Assembly: GCF_000253055.1 (NCBI RefSeq)
Contig: NC_016070.1
Location: 570,001-602,000 of the forward strand
Source: Thermoproteus tenax Kra 1
GTDB lineage: Archaea; Thermoproteota; Thermoprotei; Thermoproteales; Thermoproteaceae
Direction of reading: 5' to 3'
Length of the DNA stretch: 32,000 nucleotides
Under the pieces are notes generated by a model. That model did not search any database. It saw nothing but the letters and a program-made list of their open reading frames with translations, and was not told the origin of the DNA. Position 1 is the first letter of the stretch; each line of letters starts with the position of its first letter. Position numbers and translations under genes: made by a program. Positions 25,350-32,000 of the stretch are shown piece after piece.

Positions 25350-25599
25350 CGGAGTTCTCGTCTATTTGGCAGGAAAGAGGGAGCTACAGGTTGACGCCGG
25401 CTCAGTAAGAGAGTTAATCGAACGCCTTAAGGACAGGCCCAAGCTCTACGAAAGGATAACCAGAGGGCCCCGCGGAGAGTTGGCCCCCGATATATATATC
25501 GCTGTCAACGACGTAGATATAAGGTTGCTTTCAGGTCTGGATACCCCCCTGGGGCCTGAAGATGTAGTCTTAATAATAGCCTATATACATGGAGGGTAA
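25330..25599 (+). CDS. MoaD/ThiS-family ubiquitin-like small protein ending in Gly-Gly
   Basis: 89 aa with a beta-grasp pattern (VKVILDG.........VDAGSVRELIERL........IAVNDVDI.......L.PEDVVLIIAYIHGG-stop). GTG start 20 nt inside the upstream gene. The ogt ATG overlaps its His-Gly codons. Confidence 0.72.
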   Translation: MVKVILDGVLVYLAGKRELQVDAGSVRELIERLKDRPKLYERITRGPRGELAPDIYIAVNDVDIRLLSGLDTPLGPEDVVLIIAYIHGG

Positions 25600-26065
25600 G
25601 GTCTGTGCCAGATACGGCCCCGTCGTCTTGTCGTGGAACGGCAGAAGGGTGGAGTTAGTCGACCGTTGCGATAAACACGTGGACCTTCTCCAGTTCGTCG
25701 ACTTAATAGAGCTGCGCCCGTCAGACCCACTGATAGTCCTCCTGGGGATCAAGCGCGGTAGCGTCGTCTCCTATAAAACCCTTGGGGCAGCAATGGGCGT
25801 AAGCCCAAGGGCGGTTGGAGCGCTTCTGCGTAGAAATCATCTCCCCGTAGTTCTGCCCTGCCATAGAGTGGTCATGTCGGACGGATCTCTGGGCGGCTAC
25901 ATATATGGCGCCGAGGTCAAGAGGGCATTACTGCAGTACGAGGGCGTGGAGTTCTGCGGCGAGCGCGTATGTGGGCTCTCTGAGCTGCAGGAGATCAAGG
26001 ACGTGAGGGGGACCCTCCTGGAGAGCTTGGGAATCGGCAGGTGGCGACTTAAAAATAGGAAATAG
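25589..26065 (+). CDS. ogt: O6-alkylguanine-DNA alkyltransferase
   Basis: Active-site LPVVLPCHRVV (PCHR motif) and helix-turn-helix SYKTLGAAMGVSPRAVGALLRRN. Confidence 0.88.
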   Translation: MEGKVCARYGPVVLSWNGRRVELVDRCDKHVDLLQFVDLIELRPSDPLIVLLGIKRGSVVSYKTLGAAMGVSPRAVGALLRRNHLPVVLPCHRVVMSDGSLGGYIYGAEVKRALLQYEGVEFCGERVCGLSELQEIKDVRGTLLESLGIGRWRLKNRK

Positions 26066-26068
26066 GGG

Positions 26069-26308
26069 TTGGCCATGGTCGTCAGAGTGAAAATAGACCG
26101 CCAGAAGTGCGTAGTGGCGCACTTCTGCCTCTTTTATGCTCCCGTAGTGTTCATGCCCTCATTGCCCGAGGGAAAGCCAGCGATAGCGGAGCAGTACCGG
26201 CTCAACAACAAAGTCGACGAGGGCGTAGTCCCCGACTCGCTATACGAGGTAGTCAAAGAGGCTGAAAAGAACTGTCCCTCCGGCGCAATAAAGGTCTATA
26301 GAGAATGA
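26069..26308 (+). CDS. Small ferredoxin-like protein with a non-canonical cluster motif
   Basis: 79 aa with the mono-cluster ferredoxin layout (VKIDRQKC....C...AP.VF ... NCPSGAIKV), but the usual C-x2-C-x2-C is replaced by C-VVAHF-C. TTG start, with an alternative ATG at 26075. Confidence 0.55.
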   Translation: MAMVVRVKIDRQKCVVAHFCLFYAPVVFMPSLPEGKPAIAEQYRLNNKVDEGVVPDSLYEVVKEAEKNCPSGAIKVYRE

Positions 26309-26922
26309 AGGCCGTTGTTTTCGACGTCGATGGAGTGCTGACTCCGTTCAGATCGGCGTGGAAAAGACTCCACGACATCTTAGGCGTGGACGCAAACCTC
26401 AATAGGCTCCTCTTTGAGCGCGGCTACATAGACTACGTCCAGTGGGCGGTGGCCGACGTAGCGCTGTGGAGGAACGTCCCGCGATACATCGTCGAGGCTG
26501 CGTTTAAGCCTAGGGAGGGCTTCGACTTCATGTGCAGCAAGTTAAAAGAGGCGGGAGTTCTCATGATAGCGCTCTCGGCCGGAGTGAGCTACACTAGACG
26601 GCTCTCCTTCTGTTTCGACGAATTTCTTGTGAATGATGTGATATACAATGGGGAGTCTGTGTCGGACATCAATGTGTTTGTCACCAACAGCAACAAGGCC
26701 CAACTTGCGTCGGAGATACTGTCAAAACATGGAGTCCCGTTGGACGAAACAGTCGCGGTGGGTGACAGCGAAACGGATATACCTCTATTGGAGGAGGCCG
26801 GATTCTCCATTGCCTTCAATCCCACCAGCAGGCGCGTTGAAGAAGCCGCCGATGTTGTAATAAGGTCTAACAAGCTTTATCTTCTTACCAAATACCTATT
26901 GGCTATACTCAAAAGCAGATAG
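26305..26922 (+). CDS. HAD-IB hydrolase (phosphoserine phosphatase-like)
   Basis: Motif I VVFDVDGVLT and motif IV VGDSETDIPLLEEAGFSIAFNP. The ATG overlaps the previous stop (ATGA at 26305-08). Confidence 0.8.
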   Translation: MKAVVFDVDGVLTPFRSAWKRLHDILGVDANLNRLLFERGYIDYVQWAVADVALWRNVPRYIVEAAFKPREGFDFMCSKLKEAGVLMIALSAGVSYTRRLSFCFDEFLVNDVIYNGESVSDINVFVTNSNKAQLASEILSKHGVPLDETVAVGDSETDIPLLEEAGFSIAFNPTSRRVEEAADVVIRSNKLYLLTKYLLAILKSR

Positions 26923-27076
26923 ATCAATTAATTCTTAATTATCTATTATTATAAATAACTTTAAATATTATCTGAAATAAATTTTATTTACTTTAATAAT
27001 ATCATTTGTATTAATAGATTCTTATTTTAAAAAACTTAAACAATAATCTTTTTATTTTATGCTATAATTAGATTAT
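26923..27076 (+). promoter_or_regulatory. 154-bp extremely AT-rich intergenic tract containing the ppdK promoter
   Basis: Almost pure A/T between the HAD stop and the ppdK ATG. Multiple TATA-like strings, the last being TTTTATGCTATAATTAGATTAT directly before the ATG at 27077. Confidence 0.5.
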
Positions 27077-29824
27077 ATGCCTAAAAAGTACGTCTTCGAT
27101 TTCGATGAAGCCGACTATCGAAATAAGAGGCTCTTCGGCGGCAAGGGCGCCAGCTTGGTACAGATGGCGCAACTGGGCCTCAGAGTGCCGCCGGGCTTTA
27201 TAATAACAACTGAGGCGTGTAAAGACTTCTTCGGGCCCAAGAGGGAGGAGATAGCGGAGCTCGAGGCACAATTAGCCAGACAGCCGCCGCCGGATGTCAG
27301 AGATGCGCTTATCACAAAGTTGTTCTCAATAATAGATAGCTTAGATCTGCCACAGGGACTGTGGGAGGAGGTCGTGGAGCATATGAAGAGGCTAGAGGAC
27401 AGAACAGGCCGTAGATTCGGCGATCCGAAGAATCCCTTGTTGGTCTCCGTGAGATCCGGCGCGGCTGTGTCGATGCCTGGCATGATGGACACAGTGCTCA
27501 ACCTCGGCCTAAACGATGAGACCGTTAAAGGCCTCGCCGAACAGACCAACAACGAGTGGTTCGCCTACGATGCATATAGACGCTTTATTAATATGTTCGG
27601 AAGAATTGTATTAAATATAGATGATAAACTATTCTCAAAAGCATGGGATGATATTAAGAGGAAATATGGCGTAAAGGAGGATCCGCAGATGCCGATCGAG
27701 GGCCTAAAGGAGGCAGTTGAAATATTTAAGAAGATAGTGGCAGAGAGCCGCGGAGCCTTCCCGCAAGACCCTTGGGAGCAGTTGAAGTTGGCCATAAAGG
27801 CTGTGTTTCGATCTTGGGATAGCCCAAGGGCTATCTTCTATAGAATCGCCGAAAAGATAACAAGCGATATCGCCGACTGCACCGCTGTGAATGTAGTCAC
27901 TATGGTGTTCGGCAACATGGGCTGGGACAGCGGAACAGGCGTCGTCTTCTCGAGGGACGTGGCCACTGGAGAGAACAGGCTATATGGAGAGTTTCTCCCT
28001 GTGGCTCAGGGAGAGGACGTTGTGGCAGGGATAAGGACCCCCATGGATATAGACGAATTCAAGAAGAGGTTTCCACATTTATATGAAGAGTTATATAATG
28101 GTGTTAAGTTATTAGAAAAAGTAAATAAAGATGTACAAGACGTAGAGTTCACTGTAGAGCGCGGGAGACTCTACTTCCTGCAGTGTCGCAACGCCAAAAT
28201 GACTCCCATGGCGAGGGTCAAGACGGCCGTTGATATGGCCAAAGAGGGCATAATAACTAAGGATGAGGCTCTGATGAAGGTCTCTCCAGAGCATGTCCTC
28301 CAGCTCCTTTATCCGCGCATCGATCCTAAGGCAAACGCGAGGCCCATCGCCAAAGGACTGCCCGCGAGCCCTGGCGCCGTCTCGGGGCAATTAGTGTTCA
28401 ATCCGGACGATGCCGTAAAGTGGGCCCGCGATGGAAAAAAGGTTGTGCTCGCCAGAGTTGAGACAAAGCCCGACGACGTCCACGGCTTTTACGCGGCCGT
28501 GGGCATTTTGACCACAAGAGGGGGTATGACCTCACACGCGGCTGTTGTCGCTAGAGCTATAGGCAAACCTGCCGTTGTCGGAGCGGAGGACGCTGTTGTG
28601 GATGAACAGAACAAGGTGTTGAGAGCGGGCGGCCTAATATTGAAGGAGGGGGACTGGGTGACTATCGATGGAAACACAGGCCTTGTATATCCAGGTGTGG
28701 TCCCAACGTTGGAGCCAGAGCTGATACCTGAGCTAGAGGAGCTGTTGAGGTGGGCCGACGAAGTGAGGAGGCTCGGCGTTAGGGCCAACGCCGATCTTCC
28801 AGAGGATGCCGCCATAGCCAGAAAGTTCGGCGCAGAGGGGATAGGGTTGTTGAGGATAGAGCGGATGTTCAGAAAGCCTGAGCGCCTCGACCTCCTTCGT
28901 CGGATAATTTTGGCAGAAAATAGAGAGGAGAGAATAAAACATCTGGAACAGCTCTATAGGATGTTAAAGGAGGATTTCAAGGCGATCTTCGAAATAATGG
29001 ATGGATTGCCCGTAGTAGTAAGGCTCATAGATCCTCCGCTCCACGAGTTCCTGCCGAAGCCGGAGGAGGTGCTTCAACAGATATGCGAGGGGAGGATGTC
29101 AGGTAAAGATGTGTCCTCATTGGAGAGGCTGTACAATAGATTGAAGGCCCTGCAGGAGGCCAACCCTATGTTGGGCCATAGAGGTGTGCGCGTGGGGGTG
29201 AGCTACCCCGAGGTCTACTATTATTTGACCAAGGCTATCGCGGAGGCCGCCTCAGAGCTCAAGAAAGAGGGCCGCAACCCGGTCGTAGAGATAATGATAC
29301 CTCAGGTGAGCGACGTAAGGGAGATTAAATATGTAAAGGAAAAGGGAATAATGCCGGCGCTGAGGGATGTGGAGGAGAGCTCCGGAGTTAAGTTAGATAT
29401 CAAGATAGGCACTATGATAGAGACTGTGCGCGCTGCGCTCACCGTAGAGAAAATAGCGCGAGAGGTCGACTTCATCAGCTTCGGCACAAACGATCTCACG
29501 CAGGCCGTGTTTAGCTTCAGCAGAGACGACGCAGAGAACAAGTTTATACCGCAATACCTCGACCTCAAGATACTCGACGCAGATCCTTTCGAGACGTTGG
29601 ATCCAGAGGGTGTGGCTAAGCTGGTCGAGCAGGCTTCCAGGTCGGCCAAGGAGGCTAACCCGGCCATTGAGGTTGGGGTCTGCGGCGAACACGGCGGCGA
29701 GCCGAAGTCCATATCGCTCTTCAGCAGAATGAAGATAGATTACGTCAGCGCCTCGCCGTTTAGGGTTCCTCTGGCTAGACTTGCGGCCGCTCAAGCGGCT
29801 ATCGCAAGCTCCAAACGTGAGTAG
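27077..29824 (+). CDS. ppdK: Pyruvate, phosphate dikinase
   Basis: 915 aa. N-terminal ATP-grasp (GGKGASLVQMAQLGLRVPPGF), phosphohistidine swivel domain (TTRGGMTSHAAVVARAIGKP) and C-terminal PEP-utilising TIM barrel (FISFGTNDLTQ...CGEHGG). Confidence 0.97.
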   Translation: MPKKYVFDFDEADYRNKRLFGGKGASLVQMAQLGLRVPPGFIITTEACKDFFGPKREEIAELEAQLARQPPPDVRDALITKLFSIIDSLDLPQGLWEEVVEHMKRLEDRTGRRFGDPKNPLLVSVRSGAAVSMPGMMDTVLNLGLNDETVKGLAEQTNNEWFAYDAYRRFINMFGRIVLNIDDKLFSKAWDDIKRKYGVKEDPQMPIEGLKEAVEIFKKIVAESRGAFPQDPWEQLKLAIKAVFRSWDSPRAIFYRIAEKITSDIADCTAVNVVTMVFGNMGWDSGTGVVFSRDVATGENRLYGEFLPVAQGEDVVAGIRTPMDIDEFKKRFPHLYEELYNGVKLLEKVNKDVQDVEFTVERGRLYFLQCRNAKMTPMARVKTAVDMAKEGIITKDEALMKVSPEHVLQLLYPRIDPKANARPIAKGLPASPGAVSGQLVFNPDDAVKWARDGKKVVLARVETKPDDVHGFYAAVGILTTRGGMTSHAAVVARAIGKPAVVGAEDAVVDEQNKVLRAGGLILKEGDWVTIDGNTGLVYPGVVPTLEPELIPELEELLRWADEVRRLGVRANADLPEDAAIARKFGAEGIGLLRIERMFRKPERLDLLRRIILAENREERIKHLEQLYRMLKEDFKAIFEIMDGLPVVVRLIDPPLHEFLPKPEEVLQQICEGRMSGKDVSSLERLYNRLKALQEANPMLGHRGVRVGVSYPEVYYYLTKAIAEAASELKKEGRNPVVEIMIPQVSDVREIKYVKEKGIMPALRDVEESSGVKLDIKIGTMIETVRAALTVEKIAREVDFISFGTNDLTQAVFSFSRDDAENKFIPQYLDLKILDADPFETLDPEGVAKLVEQASRSAKEANPAIEVGVCGEHGGEPKSISLFSRMKIDYVSASPFRVPLARLAAAQAAIASSKRE

Positions 29825-29895
29825 TCAGACTGGGACGGCTCTTTCATTTGATCGGCATATCGGAATTCATCACTAGAGACAACGCTCATATCTCG

Positions 29896-29913
29896 CTTAA
29901 AAGCTTAATAAGC
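29896..29913 (+). promoter_or_regulatory. TATA-like box upstream of the SRP RNA block
   Basis: CTTAAAAGCTTAATAAGC. The TTAATAA part (29905-11) lies ~25 nt upstream of the first G/C-rich bases (~29934). Confidence 0.4.
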
Positions 29914-29933
29914 TCGTGGGTGTGCAATAACAG

Positions 29934-30265
29934 CCCCGGGAGATCGTCCCCGAAGGAGCACCCTTAAGCCGCCGGGTAGTGCGTTCGAGGGGGCTCCGGG
30001 GCGGATGACCCGCCGACACGCCGCGTGGGCCGGCGCGGCTGGTCGGACGGGGGTTGCAGTGGGCTGGACGGGCGCCGCCTGTCCCTCCCTCCGGAGCCCT
30101 AGGTCAGGGGGGCCCGTAACTCCGCCGGCGCCGGCCGTCGCTCCCACGTGGGCGGTCTGGCGGGCGATGAAGCCTCGGCCCTCGGGGCCTGCCCAGCCGG
30201 CGTACCCAAGCCGTAGGGCTTGGCGGCGCCGGCGAAGGCGGCGAACCAGGGGAGGTCCGGGAGAG
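29934..30265 (+). ncRNA. Signal recognition particle (7S) RNA, apparently circularly permuted (breakpoint in the helix 8 apical loop)
   Basis: Very GC-rich ~330-nt block with no credible ORF. Its 3' end AACCAGGGGAGGUCCGG (30244-60) matches the helix 8 5' strand. Its 5' end GGAGCACCCUUAAGCCGCC (29955-73) matches the helix 8 3' strand, and the two ends pair collinearly. A helix-6-like hairpin with a GNAR loop GUAG lies at 30206-23, and a GUAAC motif at 30116-20. Details are in the findings. Confidence 0.7.
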
Positions 30266-31201
30266 CTATATCTTTATTTCGGCCAAAGTGTCGTCGGTAT
30301 AGACGTCCTTGATCGCTAGGATGTCGCCCGAGTAGATCCCAATCTTGGGCCTTACCGCCCTATAGGGCCCAGCCTTGCTTGAGAAGATAGTGTAGACCAC
30401 AGAGTTGTGCCGCACGAAGCCCTGTTCCACGTATAAGTGGCCTCTGACTATTCCCTTGAGCCCCTCTCTCTTGAGGAACTCTGCGGTGGGCCTTCTGCCG
30501 TAGAGCCAGATGCCAGGTCCTCTAGGGCTCGGCATATAGCTCTCGCAGTCGCATGGATCGTTCCACAGAGCCTGAAAGGCGAGGGGGTCCTCGGGCAGAG
30601 TGAGGTCCCCCCTTACGGCCTTGAGCTCCTCCAGTGCTGCGGGCTCCATCGAGGGCTCCTTGAGGGGCACGCCGCCGTGGACGGCCAGAAGTACGTCGTT
30701 TATTTTAGCGGCCAGAGGCATGCGCGCGAACATCTTCTCTATTTCGCCGTAGAGCTCCGCGCAGTTGGGGAGTCTCTTCAAAAGACATAGCTCATCTATG
30801 AACCCCCCGTCCTCGTTCATAAGCGGAGACTCGTGGTTGCCCCTCAGGACGTAGGCCCTCCCCTCGAGGTAGAGGCCGACGACGGTCTTCAGAACCTCAA
30901 GTCCGTGTCTCCCTCTGTCGACGTAATCTCCAAGAAAGAGGAGCTTTTTATTGCCCCATTTCTCCAAGATGATGTCCAACGTGTCTCTGTCGCCGTGTAG
31001 ATCCCCTACGATGACCAGTTCCTTCTCTCTGATATCTAGCACTAAGCCCCCCTCGGCGAACTTAGCCGCCGCCTCCCGGAAGAGCTCCTTCAAGTCCACA
31101 GCCACGAGCCGTTGTGTTAATTTTACGGTTACGTCAGCCTGAATAGGCGAGAGGCGTTGTAGTAGACTCTGTCCACTACATCGTCCTCGCTCATGCGCCA
31201 T
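30266..31201 (-). CDS. PPP-family Ser/Thr protein phosphatase (calcineurin-like metallophosphoesterase)
   Basis: GDLHGD, GDYVDRG, RGNHE and VHGG motifs. The longest ORF overlaps tatD by 73 nt. The GTG at 31105 (V33) is a likelier start, 23 nt after the tatD stop. Confidence 0.88.
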   Translation of the reverse strand: MAHERGRCSGQSLLQRLSPIQADVTVKLTQRLVAVDLKELFREAAAKFAEGGLVLDIREKELVIVGDLHGDRDTLDIILEKWGNKKLLFLGDYVDRGRHGLEVLKTVVGLYLEGRAYVLRGNHESPLMNEDGGFIDELCLLKRLPNCAELYGEIEKMFARMPLAAKINDVLLAVHGGVPLKEPSMEPAALEELKAVRGDLTLPEDPLAFQALWNDPCDCESYMPSPRGPGIWLYGRRPTAEFLKREGLKGIVRGHLYVEQGFVRHNSVVYTIFSSKAGPYRAVRPKIGIYSGDILAIKDVYTDDTLAEIKI

Positions 31202-31845
31202 ATCTCGGCCAACACCTTTATCGTCTCCTTCACCATGGGCGGCTGGAGCTTGAGCCCTCTATACTCGTAGGGCCCGTCGCTCTCCAACAACACCATATCG
31301 GGGCGGGCCGCCTCGGCGACATCCCTGTGTTTCTTCTGTATCTTCACAGCTGGGTTTATGGTTATATAATAGCCGTATCTGCCGATGTCTTCCAAAAGGG
31401 CGAGGGGGCCGGTGTACCAGTGGATAACGGCCTTGTCCACGTCCGCCTTCCTCAGAGCCTCGACCACGTCGGCCCACGCATCCGGCGCATGGACGTTGAG
31501 CACTAGATCGTACTCTTTGGCCAATCGGAGGAACGCCGAGAACACCTCCCTCTGTTTTTCGTAGGTCTCGGGCACGAACTTCTTATCGAGCCCAACCTCG
31601 CCTATGCAAGGCGCATTGCTCCTCTCGATGAGCTTCAGCGTTGTGGAGAGGTCAGCGGGAGTGGATCTGTCTACGTGCCAGGGATGTATGCCGAGGCAAG
31701 GGACTAAGCCGATGCGCTCGCTCAGCTCCAGAGTCCTCGCCGAGCTCGTTGCATCGTCTGAAACCCCCACCAGTTTTATCTCGGAGAATTTGGCGAGCTC
31801 TTCGTCGGAGAACTCATGGCAGTGGCAGTGAGCGTCTATCAACAC
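31129..31845 (-). CDS. tatD: TatD-family metal-dependent hydrolase/DNase
   Basis: MLIDAHCHCHEF (HxH), GEVGLD, NVHA and a distal HWYTG / ESDGPY pattern. Confidence 0.88.
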   Translation of the reverse strand: MLIDAHCHCHEFSDEELAKFSEIKLVGVSDDATSSARTLELSERIGLVPCLGIHPWHVDRSTPADLSTTLKLIERSNAPCIGEVGLDKKFVPETYEKQREVFSAFLRLAKEYDLVLNVHAPDAWADVVEALRKADVDKAVIHWYTGPLALLEDIGRYGYYITINPAVKIQKKHRDVAEAARPDMVLLESDGPYEYRGLKLQPPMVKETIKVLAEIWRMSEDDVVDRVYYNASRLFRLT

Positions 31846-31917
31846 AGTACACCGTGGCTGCCAGATTTTAAAGGTTGATCCAGTGACAGAGAAGTGAGGA
31901 GGAGTAGAGTCAGAGTT

Positions 31918-32000
31918 ATGGGGATCGACGTAGAGCTGTTGGAGTTCGATGAGGGCGTTGAGACCGTTGAAAGGGCGGCCAGAGCCAGCGGCGAGCCGCC
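31918..32000 (+). CDS. 5' end of a possible YbaK/ProX-like aminoacyl-tRNA deacylase (truncated by the window edge)
   Basis: The ATG at 31918 is preceded by GAGGAGG. The 27 aa visible (MGIDVELLEFDEGVETVERAARASGEP) resemble the N-terminus of YbaK-like proteins. Too short to be sure. Confidence 0.3.
   Translation, partial: MGIDVELLEFDEGVETVERAARASGEP

Noticed and set aside
26923-27076. The AT-rich tract as a chromosomal replication origin
   Set aside because: No flanking inverted ORB/mini-ORB-like repeats could be found, and there is no orc1/cdc6 or whiP gene nearby. The only ORB-like string seen (TTCCCAGTGGAG at ~14750) is single and 12 kb away. It is reported as an unusual promoter region only.
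29905-30319. ORFs 29905..30147 (-) and 30005..30319 (+) over the SRP RNA block
   Set aside because: Same reasoning: Pro/Arg/Gly/Ala-rich nonsense, and the + ORF runs antisense into the phosphatase gene. SRP RNA motifs explain the sequence.
1-32000. Mobile elements, prophage or virus remnants, CRISPR arrays, toxin-antitoxin pairs and known defence systems
   Set aside because: I saw no integrase, transposase, Cas, nuclease-helicase or repeat-spacer architecture on either strand. The AT-rich patches lie inside intact conserved genes rather than marking inserted islands.

Overview
This window looks like a chromosomal segment from a crenarchaeon of the Thermoproteales (Thermoproteus/Pyrobaculum-like). 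The evidence is mid-50s % G+C by eye, leaderless genes sitting about 25 nt downstream of TATA/BRE-like boxes, frequent GTG/TTG starts and 4-nt ATGA/GTGA gene overlaps. The gene content is also archaeal: archaeal-type riboflavin synthase, His-type Thi4, AbrB-PhoU, archaeal MiaB-like enzyme, a split MetRS and PPDK. Most of the window is tightly packed housekeeping genes (sfsA, THUMP protein, folP-like, metG, uppS, dcd, ogt, ribC, nikR, M24 peptidase, ppdK, tatD, PPP phosphatase). I saw no transposase, integrase, CRISPR array, rRNA or convincing tRNA. Two very GC-rich blocks without credible ORFs stand out as structured RNA genes. The block at 29934-30265 carries the two strands of SRP RNA helix 8 at its opposite ends, so it looks like a circularly permuted SRP RNA with a BHB-like processing fold. 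The block at 11573-11852 is a second structured RNA that I cannot assign to a family; RNase P RNA is my best guess. Other points worth a second look:
- a ParA/MinD-like ATPase operon with a tiny 2-TM protein and three small winged-helix-like proteins
- a NifX-like/SAM-methyltransferase fusion translationally coupled to a DHPS homologue
- a sequon-rich surface protein with AT-rich cassettes
- short tracts of A/T-ending synonymous codons inside metG and ppdK
- a thi4 gene broken at a homopolymer
- a MoaD/ThiS-type GG protein with a JAMM protease nearby
All family calls rest on motif recognition by eye. No searches or folding programs were run.
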